A stretch of 64,000 nt of DNA from Chloroflexota bacterium (GTDB lineage: Bacteria; Chloroflexota; Anaerolineae; Aggregatilineales; J027): contig JABFGB010000005.1 in the NCBI GenBank assembly GCA_013112715.1, forward strand, positions 192,009 through 256,008, read 5' to 3'. A model generated the notes under the pieces. That model was not told where the DNA came from, made no database searches, and was given only the letters and a program-made list of their open reading frames with translations. Position 1 is the stretch's first letter. Each line of letters starts with the position of its first letter. Position numbers and translations under genes: made by a program. Shown one piece after another: positions 18,501-28,422 of the stretch.

Positions 18501-21500
18501 ATGACCATTCCCAACATTCGTACCGACACCCCCCCTGACTCCCCGGATGGCCCAGAACATGACGCCTGTGCGCTTATTATGAGCGTGCGTAAAGGCGGCG
18601 AAAGTACCTATGGAACACTTAAACGCGCTATTCATGCCCTAAGCCACATGGGTCATCGTACTGGCTTTGTCGAAGGGGAAGGTGACGGTGCAGGCATCCA
18701 GACGGACATCCCCCGCCAGTTATGGGGCAAAAAATTAAGCGAAGCTGGTCTCCGTTCCTCCATCGCCACTGATCCACGTTTCTGGGTGGGACACTGCTTT
18801 ATCCCGGCCAATGAAGACTGGCGCGAAATCAGCGAAAGCTTAAATGCCCATTTTAATGATGCGGGTTTAAATCTCCTGATTGCCGAACCGGGGCCAGTTG
18901 TAATGAATGCTTTGGGTCGCCAAGCCCGCCAAAATGCTCCACTATTCATCCAATTAGCGGGTTATGGGGAAACTGCGGATGTGGACAATGTCTTGTTCCG
19001 CGTGCAGTCCGAAGTGGAAAAAATACTGCCGATTCATTTTGCTTCACTAAGTTCGCATGTGGTCGTTTATAAAGTACGCGGCTCAGTCGAAGTGCTGCCT
19101 CGTTTTTATCCTGATTTGCAAGATCGCACTTATTACACCGCAATGGCCTTATGTCATGCGCGTTATTCAACCAATACCGCCTCAAGTTTCGAGCGTGTGC
19201 AGCCCTTCCCACTGATGGGACATAATGGCGAAATCAATACCATTAGCCGTTTTCGCCAAGAAGCCGTGCAGATTGGGGCAGAACTTGACCCCAACAACTC
19301 CGACTCGCAAGATATTGACCGCACCCTCCAAACCCTCTGTGCGAAATATGGTTTAAGCGTTATTGAAGGCCTCGAAATCCTCTTCCCCCCCGTCCCCTTT
19401 GAAGTTGAAAATATGCCCAAACCCCTCCAAGCAGTCTATAACCGTCTGCGTCAGTCCTTTGGGCCATACGCGCAAGGGCCAGCCGCGATCATCGCCCGCT
19501 ATGCGAATATGGCGGTGGTCAGTGTGGATGCCCTCGGTTTGCGGCCTTTATGGTTTGTAGAGACTGAAAAAGAATTTATCTTCAGTTCTGAACGAGGGGT
19601 AGTGCCTCTCGAAAACATGATGTGCGACCCGCGCCCCTTAGCCCCCGGCGAAAAAATGGCGGTGCGGCTCAATCGTGGTAAAAGCGTCGAAGTTTTTGAC
19701 CATGCCGAAATCCGCCAATATGTTATGAAGCAGGCCTTCCAGCGCGAAGTACCCCAATTTGCCGAACGCTACTGGTCGGATTGGAGCAGCTATAGCGTTC
19801 CCGGCGAGGTGCGCACACGGGGGGGAGATGGCGGAGGTGTCGCTCAGTCATTGGCTCAAGCCGAGGTTGCTGTAGACACTGCCCTTATGGAAGTTGCCAC
19901 CCTTGCTGCAACTGTCGAGATGCCATGGCAATACGCCCAAACCCGTGCAGTAGATGCGATAGTCATGGCTGCAACAGGCTGGAACCGCGAACAAATCCAA
20001 GAAATCGAATCGGTGGTAGACACGAGTGGTAAGGATTTGGTTGGCTCATTGGGGCATGACGGGCCATTGGCCGTCTTGAGCAAAAACCGGGTCAACGTAG
20101 CGGATTTCTTTAAAGAAACCGTCGCCGTTGTTACCAACCCCGCCATTGACCGCGAACGTGAAGCTGAGGCCTTTTCGACTCGCATGATTGTTGGGGCACG
20201 TCCTGCCATCGGTGCTGCCCCTCACCCTGATGATATTTTGGTTGTTTTGGAAACCCCCATCTTATCAGGTGGGCATCCCACATTAGGCGACGCCGAATTG
20301 GTACGCGCGGTAGCTGAACCCTATGGCACGATGAGCATCGAAGATTTGCTGGAGCGGTTTGGCAGCCGTGTGGCATGGCTCACGTTGGGTCTCTACCCCG
20401 GCGAAACCACCAATGCCGCCATCAACCGTCTGGCGCACGAAGCCGTCAACGCGGTGCGCTCGGATGTACAATGTCTTGTGTTGGACGATACCCAAACCCT
20501 TGAAGAAAATCTTGGGTGGCTTGATCCCCACTTGGCAGCAGGCGTTATTGACCGCACGCTGCGCGAAGCCGATGATGAACTGAATTTACGACGCCGTGCT
20601 GGGATTGTGGTTCGCAGCGCCAGTATTCGTACCCTACATGATGTCATTCTATTATGTGGCTTGGGGGCCGATGCCGTTAATCCCTATGCGATGTTCGTTG
20701 TGGCGATTGGGGCCGACAAAAAATCCAAGACCCTGACAGGTCAAGATTCCATCAAAGCCCAGCGCACCGTCTTGAAAAATCTAACAGCGGGTTTGGAAAA
20801 AGTGACTTCGACCATTGGCTGTCATGAACTGCGTGGTTATGGCCGCACCTTCAGCAGCATCGGCTTGGCCCCCAGTGTGGCAGGCATGTTGAACACCCCC
20901 AATTATTTCGGCAGCGAAAAGGTCGGCCTGACATGGGAACGCCTTGACCGCGAAGCCGATGAACGTGCCGCCGAATTACGGGGTGAGGCCAAAGCCCAAA
21001 TTGCGCGTGTAGACCGCTTCTACCCCAAATTCTGGAAAAAAGCCGAAGCGGTGGCACATGGCGAAATGTCGCTGGATGAATTTATCGAGATGTACCGCAA
21101 TCTCAAAGAAGAAGTGCCGATTGCGCTGCGCCATATCATTGAAATCAAGCATCTGACCGACAGCATCTCCCCTGAGCATGTCGAAATCGGCGTAGATATT
21201 CATGATATGCCCCTGTTGATTAGCGCCATGTCGTTCGGGTCGCAGGGGGAATTGGCCTATCGTGCTTATGCCGAAGCCGCCAAGCGCCTGAACATTGTCT
21301 GTGTCAACGGCGAGGGCGGTGAATTGCCCGATTTGATGAATCGCTATCATAACAATCGTGGTCAGCAGGTCGCGTCCGGACGCTTCGGTGTCAACGCGGA
21401 ATTTTTGAACTCCGCCTATGTGATTGAAATTAAGATTGGGCAAGGTGCAAAGCCCGGTGAAGGTGGAATGCTGCCCGCGTCAAAGGTCAGCCCACAGGTT

Positions 21501-23153
21501 GCCGAAGCCCGCCACACTACCCCCTACGTCGCCTTGATTTCGCCGTCCAACAATCACGACCTATATTCGATTGAAGACCTTGCCCAACTGATTGAAGAAC
21601 TCAAGACCGTCAATCCCGAAGCCAAAGTGTCGGTCAAAGTACCTGTCGTGCCGGGAATCGGGGTCATCGCGGTTGGGGTCGCCAAAGCCGGGGCCGATAT
21701 TATCAATCTGACCGGGTACGATGGCGCAACCGGGGCCGCCCGTCGTCATTCGCTGCAATATGTCGGCCTCCCGACAGAAATCGGTATCATTCAGGCTCAC
21801 CGCGCTCTGATTGAATCTGGCCTGCGTCATCGTGTCGAGTTGTGGTGTGATGGTGGTATGAAGACGGGCAGTGACGCCGTCAAGATGATTTTGCTCGGCG
21901 CGAATCGGATTGGATTTGCGACAATGGCGATGGTAGCGATTGGCTGTACCATCTGTCGTAAATGTCATGAAGGAACGTGTCATGTCGGTATCACCACCCA
22001 TATCAAGACGGTGGAAGAAGCTACCGAAAAAGGCCTCAAGAGTTTTGTCCCCCGCGATTATGACCTCGCTGTTGACGGAATTGTCCGTGTATTTAATGTC
22101 ATAGCCGATGAGATGCGGCGTTTGACCGCACAGCTTGGTTCAACCTGCCTGCAAGACTTGGTGGGACGTGCCGATTTGTTGGAACAAGTAGCGGGTCTGG
22201 ATATGGTAGACCTCTCGGCCATGCTCTACCACATGCCTATGAAACCCCGCTTGCTTTCCGAACCCGGCATTGGTCGCCGTCTGACCCGTCCACGCAACAG
22301 CTTGACTCACACGATTAGTAACCTCATTCTGAATGCAGTGCAAGATGGGGAACAAGAAGCCACCTATGAAGATGAGGTTATGGCCTATGACCGCGCACTG
22401 GGCGGTTATCTGGCAGGTGAACTTGTCCGTAATCCACGTATTGCCCAACGGCTCAATTGTGCTCACCTCAATTTCGGCCCATCCTCGATTGCCGGCAATG
22501 GTTTTGCAGCGTGGACAACCGACCAACTCGATATTTTTATCGAAGGCGGGGCACAGGACGGTGTAGCCAAAAGCGCCAATGGCGGACGAGTAGTGGTCAT
22601 GAAAGGCCTAAACCATAAAGGTACGCGCTTGGATGGCAGTGTGGGTAAGAGTTTTGCCTATGGCGCACAACGCGGCCTATTGATTGTGCAAGGCAATGCC
22701 GATTCCCGTGCTTGTATCCGCCTATCCGGTGCAGATGTCATCTTTGGGGGCGAAATCACCGAACCGCTGGATGATTCCAGTGTCAATGTCGGCACCCGCG
22801 CCAATCTCAAAGGCTTCGCGTGTGAATACATGACCTCCGGACGGGTCATCATCATGGGTGATCCCGGCCCCTATGCTTTCGCGGGGATGACAGGTGGCAC
22901 GGTCTATCAGCAGCTCACCCCCGAAATGGGCTTTGATGAAAATACGCTGCGCCGTCGTTTTGCCAAAGGTGCAACCGTCACCATTCAGCCATTGGACGAG
23001 AGTGACATCACCCAACTGCGCGATTTGTTCGGCTACTATGTTGAGGCCCTTGAACAAACGGCCCAAATCGAAGAGGCTGACCGGATTGTTGCACTCATGG
23101 AACCAGCTACATTGGCCCGCCGCTTTGTGAAGGTCGTTCCCGTGAGGAATTAG
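18501..23153 (+). CDS. gltB: Glutamate synthase, large-subunit/Fd-GOGAT-type single polypeptide
   Basis: Ntn-amidotransferase Cys after a short propeptide (DACALIM). FMN domain (VASGRFGV, KIGQGAKPGEGG, YSIEDLAQLIEELK). 3Fe-4S Cys motif (CTICRKCHEGTC). C-terminal GXGXG beta-helix domain. No gltD small subunit nearby. Confidence 0.9.
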   Translation: MTIPNIRTDTPPDSPDGPEHDACALIMSVRKGGESTYGTLKRAIHALSHMGHRTGFVEGEGDGAGIQTDIPRQLWGKKLSEAGLRSSIATDPRFWVGHCFIPANEDWREISESLNAHFNDAGLNLLIAEPGPVVMNALGRQARQNAPLFIQLAGYGETADVDNVLFRVQSEVEKILPIHFASLSSHVVVYKVRGSVEVLPRFYPDLQDRTYYTAMALCHARYSTNTASSFERVQPFPLMGHNGEINTISRFRQEAVQIGAELDPNNSDSQDIDRTLQTLCAKYGLSVIEGLEILFPPVPFEVENMPKPLQAVYNRLRQSFGPYAQGPAAIIARYANMAVVSVDALGLRPLWFVETEKEFIFSSERGVVPLENMMCDPRPLAPGEKMAVRLNRGKSVEVFDHAEIRQYVMKQAFQREVPQFAERYWSDWSSYSVPGEVRTRGGDGGGVAQSLAQAEVAVDTALMEVATLAATVEMPWQYAQTRAVDAIVMAATGWNREQIQEIESVVDTSGKDLVGSLGHDGPLAVLSKNRVNVADFFKETVAVVTNPAIDREREAEAFSTRMIVGARPAIGAAPHPDDILVVLETPILSGGHPTLGDAELVRAVAEPYGTMSIEDLLERFGSRVAWLTLGLYPGETTNAAINRLAHEAVNAVRSDVQCLVLDDTQTLEENLGWLDPHLAAGVIDRTLREADDELNLRRRAGIVVRSASIRTLHDVILLCGLGADAVNPYAMFVVAIGADKKSKTLTGQDSIKAQRTVLKNLTAGLEKVTSTIGCHELRGYGRTFSSIGLAPSVAGMLNTPNYFGSEKVGLTWERLDREADERAAELRGEAKAQIARVDRFYPKFWKKAEAVAHGEMSLDEFIEMYRNLKEEVPIALRHIIEIKHLTDSISPEHVEIGVDIHDMPLLISAMSFGSQGELAYRAYAEAAKRLNIVCVNGEGGELPDLMNRYHNNRGQQVASGRFGVNAEFLNSAYVIEIKIGQGAKPGEGGMLPASKVSPQVAEARHTTPYVALISPSNNHDLYSIEDLAQLIEELKTVNPEAKVSVKVPVVPGIGVIAVGVAKAGADIINLTGYDGATGAARRHSLQYVGLPTEIGIIQAHRALIESGLRHRVELWCDGGMKTGSDAVKMILLGANRIGFATMAMVAIGCTICRKCHEGTCHVGITTHIKTVEEATEKGLKSFVPRDYDLAVDGIVRVFNVIADEMRRLTAQLGSTCLQDLVGRADLLEQVAGLDMVDLSAMLYHMPMKPRLLSEPGIGRRLTRPRNSLTHTISNLILNAVQDGEQEATYEDEVMAYDRALGGYLAGELVRNPRIAQRLNCAHLNFGPSSIAGNGFAAWTTDQLDIFIEGGAQDGVAKSANGGRVVVMKGLNHKGTRLDGSVGKSFAYGAQRGLLIVQGNADSRACIRLSGADVIFGGEITEPLDDSSVNVGTRANLKGFACEYMTSGRVIIMGDPGPYAFAGMTGGTVYQQLTPEMGFDENTLRRRFAKGATVTIQPLDESDITQLRDLFGYYVEALEQTAQIEEADRIVALMEPATLARRFVKVVPVRN

Positions 23154-23191
23154 GAAATTTCCTGAATCCACAAAATTCTAATACTCAGGAC

Positions 23192-23228
23192 TTGCCCATT
23201 GTATATCTTAGATGTGATGGGCATTTTT
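23192..23228 (+). terminator. Weak terminator-like hairpin after gltB
   Basis: tgcccat (23193-23199) / atgggca (23216-23222), followed by tttttgt. The loop is long (16 nt). Confidence 0.3.
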
Positions 23229-23371
23229 GTATTCTGGAAGGAAAACTATCTCAAATAAAAGTTACTTTCACCTTTATTCGATTTGTTTTCACAATTTTTT
23301 TGAATTATGATAAATGTCCTAAAATCCATACGGACATGATAGAAATTTGTGAAGAAAATCGGTAAGCAGGA

Positions 23372-24172
23372 ATGAAACACCATATATTTTTGAGCTATAG
23401 TCGAGAAGATATATTAATCGTGAACTTGATCAGGGATGATTTCGAGAAAGAAGGCTTCACTGTCTGGACTGATCAGCACATAAAACCCGGAGATTCTTCT
23501 TGGATCAAGCAAATACAAAAAGCCATTGAAGATAGTGGATGCGTTGTTGTCATAATGACCCCTGAAGCTAAAAATTCGGAATGGGTAGAAAAAGAAATTG
23601 AATATGCTCAGGCCCTCGATCGGCCTATCATACCGTTACTTGCAAGAGGGAATAAGGCAACAGCAGTACCGGTAGCTATTATAACCTCTCAGCATATTGA
23701 TATTAAGGAGAATCGCATTGGTGCCATACGTAGAGCATCAAATACTATTAGAGAACTTCTCAATCTTCCACCCAAACCTGAAGATTTAGCTGGATTTTGG
23801 GCAAGCAATACAGATGATTATTTCTCTTTACAGGAAGGAAAAACACTTAGAGAACTATGGGAAAATATTACGAAAGATTCTGGAATTATAATAATCCTTG
23901 ATGAAAAGCATAAATTAGTTGGCATGATAAGTATAGGAGATTTGCTCAAACGTCTGTTAGAAGAAGATTTGAGTGAAAACACCCCAATAAAGCGCCTTAT
24001 GGTACCTAAGTCAAAAATAAAGCATGTAAAAGAAACCAGTACGATGAGCGAAGTTCATAGGCTAATTGCGAACTTCGAAATCGATCAAGTACCTGTGTTA
24101 AATGAAAATGATGAGTTAACGGGTGTTGTAACAAAAAGTGAGGTGGCTGCATGGTTTAGAAAAAACCGCTGA
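23372..24172 (+). CDS. TIR domain - CBS pair (Bateman) fusion protein
   Basis: N-terminal HIFLSYSREDI...FTVWTD...VVVIMTPEAKNSEWVEKEIEYA fits a TIR_2-like fold with the conserved W...E glutamate. The C-terminal half has two CBS-like repeats (IIILDEKHKLVGMISIGDLL and IDQVPVLNENDELTGVVTKSEV). Sample lines count 28-38% GC versus ~53% in flanking gltB. Confidence 0.75.
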   Translation: MKHHIFLSYSREDILIVNLIRDDFEKEGFTVWTDQHIKPGDSSWIKQIQKAIEDSGCVVVIMTPEAKNSEWVEKEIEYAQALDRPIIPLLARGNKATAVPVAIITSQHIDIKENRIGAIRRASNTIRELLNLPPKPEDLAGFWASNTDDYFSLQEGKTLRELWENITKDSGIIIILDEKHKLVGMISIGDLLKRLLEEDLSENTPIKRLMVPKSKIKHVKETSTMSEVHRLIANFEIDQVPVLNENDELTGVVTKSEVAAWFRKNR

Positions 24173-24284
24173 AATAATAACTTTGATATCCTCGACCCTG
24201 ATAAGCACATCCCTCAAATTTGTGTACAATATTCACCGACGCCGTAGCTCAAAAACCTTTGCGGCTTTGTGTGGAGAATCTTGC

Positions 24285-26942
24285 ATGAAAAAATGCACTT
24301 TAATGATGGGAGTCTTGCTCCTGCTGCTGACCGTTTCGGGCGTAACCTTTGCTATGCCCCGTCACCAAGCCCCGCCAGAGCCAATTGCCTATGGGGATAC
24401 CGCAACAGGCAGCATTAGTGAAATTCAAACCGAAGCGCGTTATGTGATCGAGGCCACACAGGGAGATCGTTTGGTTGCCATCGCTTCGACCACCAACGGC
24501 GATCTTGACCCCTATTTAAATCTGACTTCAGTTGAAGGTACGCTGCTGGCGAGTGACGATAACAGCGGTGGTGGGACAGTGGCTCAAATCACCTTTGTTG
24601 TTCCAGCGAGCGCGGCTTATTTAATTGTGGTGACGCGCTCACCCGAAGGTGCAGGCAATACGACAGGCGACTTTGAATTAACGGTGACCAATGCCGCCGC
24701 ACCCGTTGCTACCGAAGTGACCCCTGAAGTAGAAATTCCGACCTCGACTCCTGCCACTACCTCCAACACCGCCCGTTTACAGCCACTCCAATCCGGCACG
24801 CCAACGCGGGGTAGTGTGGATACAAGCAGCACCTTTAATCTGTACTGGTTTGAAGGCACAGCCGGGCAGGAAATTAGTCTTTCGCCAGATACCACCAGCC
24901 CCTTGCAGCCCTTATTGGTACTCTATCGGGCCGACTTCAGCGAAATTCTACGCGCCCAACCGGGCCAAGTTCTAAGTGCCACCTTAGAGGACAACAGCAT
25001 CTATTTTGTTGCGGCAGCACAGGTCGAACCCGGCAGCAGCGGCGAGTATGCCTTTACCTTTGACAATGGCACGGGTGACACTGGCTCGGCCATTGACCGC
25101 GATTTCCTGTTGTATGGTCAAAATATCAGCGGCAGTGTTTCCAATACCACACCCACCACTCGTTTCCGTTTTCGGGCCGAGGCGGGGGATGCCGTCACCA
25201 TCAATATGAATGCCATCAGCGGCGATTTGGACAGCTATCTTTTATTAGTAGATTCCAGCGGCAGCACCATCGCGGAAGACGATAACAGCGGTGGCAATGG
25301 CGATGCCCAAATTAGCACGACCATGCCGACCAGCGGAGAATTTTTCATTATTGCCACTCGCTTAGGTCAAGCCCAAGGGGTGACGACAGGTGAATTTTTG
25401 TTGGCCCTGATTTCCGATGCCCCACCGCGTTTGCCCCAAGCGACCCCGCCAACCCTGCCCACTGAATATGCTGAATTCCCACGCCTGACCTATGGCGAAA
25501 GTGCTGAGGGCGAAATTAGCAATGCCGTATTCCTAACCGTCTATGTTTTTGAGGGGCGAGCCGGGGATAACGTGAATATTGTGATGCAGGCCACCGGGGG
25601 CAATCTGGACAGCTATATGGTGCTGCTGGATGATGCACGCATCCCGCTACAGGACGCTGATGACATCAGTGAAACCAACAAAAATGCTCAATTGCAATTT
25701 ACCCTGCCACGTGACGCTTTTTATGCCATTGTCGCCACCCGCTTCGATCAAGGAGAGGGAACAACGGAAGGCACTTTTGAACTCAGCCTTGACCTTGCCT
25801 CCAACGATCAAGCCCCCGGCAATCCTGTTATAGATAGGCTAGTGACCGAACGCTTGGCGGCGGGCGACACTCCCTCCGGCACCTTTGAACCACTGCGTTT
25901 CGCCAGTCTCTATTCCTTCACCGCCGTTGAAAATTCACTCATAGATTTTGCCGTGACCGCCGACGGGGGCGAAACTGGCACGTTGATTTTGACGGATGCC
26001 TTCTTGAATCCCATCAGCGTCTCCAACAACGGTGTTCTATTGGCGATTCCAGCCCCAGTGAGTGGCGACTATCTGGTCATTGTAGCCCCCCAAGCTGGCC
26101 CTGCCGCAAATATTTCCGGCGGCTTTTTTGTGGCGTTGAATGCAGGCGTAGGGGAAACCGATACCCCGCCTGAAGACGGTAATACTACAACAGGCGGCAC
26201 GGCTGCCCCTGTTGCCATCGCCTATGGCACAACCGTGCGTGGACGTATTACCGAAGATGTCACCGCCGAACAGTATGTCTTTCAGGGGCGGGGCGGCGAT
26301 ATTGTAGATATTTCCATGACCTCCGATGGCCCAGATATTCTGGATTGCTTCCTGCAACTGCTGGATGCAAACGGGGATGTCATCGAAGAAAACGACGACA
26401 TTGACCCCGGCGTTATTCGTGATTCGCTCATTACCGCCACCTTGCCGAGTGATGGTCAATATACGATTGTCGCTACCCATTTTGAAGACCCGACGGGGCA
26501 AGTTGAGCAGACCTTTGGCAACTATACGCTCACATTAGCCTATCGTGACCCCACCACCGCAGGCGTTGACCGAGAAGCACGGGCTATCAGTTTTGACCAA
26601 AGCCTTAGCGACACGATTGATGCCGATACCTATCTGTATTTCTACTATTTCACGGGCACGCAGGGGGATACTATCACCATTACAGTGGATACCACCGAGG
26701 GGAATCTAGACCCGATTCTCTATCTTTACACCTATGATTCGGCTAATCAACCGCGCCTGCTGACGGCGAATGACGATAGTCCCTTAGGTAGTACATATGA
26801 CCCGTACATTGAATACCGCCTGCCACGTACCGGAACCTATCTGATTGCCGTCACGCGCTATGCCGAAACCGCCGCCGAGCCAACCAGCGGGTCGTATACC
26901 ATTACCCTACAAAATCTGGGGGCAGGCTCCACTAGCCAGTAG
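24285..26942 (+). CDS. Secreted protein of ~7 tandem PPC-like (pre-peptidase C-terminal type) repeats
   Basis: Signal peptide MKKCTLMMGVLLLLLTVSGVTFA at ATG 24285. Recurrent ~110-aa unit contains G[DN]LD[PS]YL.L.D..G...A.DDNSGG...A.I...P..G.Y.I.ATR...G.T.G.F.L. No catalytic domain is recognisable. Confidence 0.65.
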   Translation: MKKCTLMMGVLLLLLTVSGVTFAMPRHQAPPEPIAYGDTATGSISEIQTEARYVIEATQGDRLVAIASTTNGDLDPYLNLTSVEGTLLASDDNSGGGTVAQITFVVPASAAYLIVVTRSPEGAGNTTGDFELTVTNAAAPVATEVTPEVEIPTSTPATTSNTARLQPLQSGTPTRGSVDTSSTFNLYWFEGTAGQEISLSPDTTSPLQPLLVLYRADFSEILRAQPGQVLSATLEDNSIYFVAAAQVEPGSSGEYAFTFDNGTGDTGSAIDRDFLLYGQNISGSVSNTTPTTRFRFRAEAGDAVTINMNAISGDLDSYLLLVDSSGSTIAEDDNSGGNGDAQISTTMPTSGEFFIIATRLGQAQGVTTGEFLLALISDAPPRLPQATPPTLPTEYAEFPRLTYGESAEGEISNAVFLTVYVFEGRAGDNVNIVMQATGGNLDSYMVLLDDARIPLQDADDISETNKNAQLQFTLPRDAFYAIVATRFDQGEGTTEGTFELSLDLASNDQAPGNPVIDRLVTERLAAGDTPSGTFEPLRFASLYSFTAVENSLIDFAVTADGGETGTLILTDAFLNPISVSNNGVLLAIPAPVSGDYLVIVAPQAGPAANISGGFFVALNAGVGETDTPPEDGNTTTGGTAAPVAIAYGTTVRGRITEDVTAEQYVFQGRGGDIVDISMTSDGPDILDCFLQLLDANGDVIEENDDIDPGVIRDSLITATLPSDGQYTIVATHFEDPTGQVEQTFGNYTLTLAYRDPTTAGVDREARAISFDQSLSDTIDADTYLYFYYFTGTQGDTITITVDTTEGNLDPILYLYTYDSANQPRLLTANDDSPLGSTYDPYIEYRLPRTGTYLIAVTRYAETAAEPTSGSYTITLQNLGAGSTSQ

Positions 26943-26952
26943 AACGGGTCGT

Positions 26953-28422
26953 ATGCGAAAGGCACTGTTTTTTATTACCCTGCTGTTGATAATCTCAGGC
27001 TATACACCTGCCTATAGCGATTCGTATCGGCAGCAGGGAGATCAACTCCCCTTTGGAGAGACCGTGACAGGTGAGATTACGAGCGAGGAATTTCGCCAGT
27101 TATATACATTCTCCGGCAATGAGGGGCAGGTGATCGCCATTCGCATGACCCGCGTGGAGGGTGATCTTGATCCGGTGGTGCTTCTCATGAATACCAACGG
27201 CGTCGTTTTGGGCTATAGTGACGATGAGGACGAAGGCCGCAATGCCCTGATTAGCTCCCAGCGCCTCCCCGCCAATGGCACTTATGTGGTGATTGCCACA
27301 CGCTTTGGGCACGAGCATGGCAACACGACAGGCACATACGAAATCCGCATGGACAGTCTTGGCGCAACGGCTTCCAGCGGCTCTAGCCTGAATCTAGGTA
27401 CGTCTATTGTGGGGGAAATCACCAACGAACGGCATGAGGTCATCTACACGTTTCAGGCCGAACGTGGGCAGGTCATCAATATTTATATGAAACGCACCAG
27501 TGGCAATCTTGACCCCCTCTTGGATTTGTTCGATGCCAGCGGCGGCTATCTCATCAGTGGCGATGACGACCCGAATTCCTACGGCAGTCTTAACGCCGCG
27601 ATTCTGAACTTTATGATTCCCAACAACGGGAGTTATATCATTCGGGCGACGCGCTGGGGCTATGATGCGGGTACAAGTTCGGGGAGTTTCTTGATTGAAC
27701 TGACGGAAATCCCGCCTGAAACATTGGGGACACGCCCCACCAATGCTCGCTTCATGGCCTATGATGACACCGTAGCCTCGCAAATTGATAATGAAATCTC
27801 CATCCGCTTCTTTCAATTTGATGCCACACGCGGGGATGTGATTTCCGCCGTCGCCAGCCGTGAAACAGGCAACATCTCCCCTCAACTGAGCCTACTCTAT
27901 ATGGATTTACGCCCGATCAGCGTGGGCACAACCGGTTCGGGCCAAGAGGAATCGCGTATTAGTGCGACCATTCCCGAAAATGGACGCTATTTGTTGGCGG
28001 TCTCCCGTTTTCGCGGCGCAGAGGGTACATCCGAAGGAGAGTTTTCGTTAACCCTAATTGGCCGACAGGGTATCGGCGGCGGAGATGCCCTCGAAATTGT
28101 CTACGAGGCGCAGGTGACAGGCATCATTGACAGTGCCCACGCCTCCGAAACCTACATTTTTCTAGGCGAGGAGGGTGATTTAGTCACCATCACCATGCAG
28201 CGCTTGGATGGTAATCTCGATTGCCTACTGACGCTGCAAGATGAAACAGGCAAGCAGTTGATTTTTAATGACGATATTGAACAGGGAGTGGTGCAAGATT
28301 CAAGAATTTCCCGCTTTCGTCTGCCTGCCGATGGCCTCTATCGTATCGAAGCCTCCCGTTTTGACCGCATCGCAGGCACAACCAGCGGGGCCTATTCCCT
28401 GACCCTTGTGAAAGAGAATTAG
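26953..28422 (+). CDS. Secreted protein of ~4 tandem PPC-like repeats
   Basis: Signal peptide MRKALFFITLLLIISGYTPAYS at ATG 26953. Repeats contain VEGDLDPVVLL, TSGNLDPLLDL, ETGNISPQLSL and LDGNLDCLLTL. Confidence 0.65.
   Translation: MRKALFFITLLLIISGYTPAYSDSYRQQGDQLPFGETVTGEITSEEFRQLYTFSGNEGQVIAIRMTRVEGDLDPVVLLMNTNGVVLGYSDDEDEGRNALISSQRLPANGTYVVIATRFGHEHGNTTGTYEIRMDSLGATASSGSSLNLGTSIVGEITNERHEVIYTFQAERGQVINIYMKRTSGNLDPLLDLFDASGGYLISGDDDPNSYGSLNAAILNFMIPNNGSYIIRATRWGYDAGTSSGSFLIELTEIPPETLGTRPTNARFMAYDDTVASQIDNEISIRFFQFDATRGDVISAVASRETGNISPQLSLLYMDLRPISVGTTGSGQEESRISATIPENGRYLLAVSRFRGAEGTSEGEFSLTLIGRQGIGGGDALEIVYEAQVTGIIDSAHASETYIFLGEEGDLVTITMQRLDGNLDCLLTLQDETGKQLIFNDDIEQGVVQDSRISRFRLPADGLYRIEASRFDRIAGTTSGAYSLTLVKEN

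Noticed and set aside
20976-21443. 155-aa antisense ORF, and several others (18653..23171), within gltB
   Set aside because: The gltB frame is continuous for 1550 codons with canonical FMN and Fe-S motifs. The antisense ORFs are frame artefacts.
23372-24172. Canonical Thoeris, CBASS or other named TIR defence system
   Set aside because: No SIR2/Macro-SLOG (ThsA), cyclase, STING, Argonaute or other known partner gene is adjacent to either TIR gene. Only the novel-architecture interpretation is retained.
24138-24284. Upstream extension of the first PPC-repeat ORF, overlapping the TIR-CBS gene. The second PPC ORF has a similar extension at 26845..26952.
   Set aside because: The extensions lack signal-peptide character and overlap upstream genes. 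Canonical signal peptides begin at the internal ATGs 24285 and 26953.
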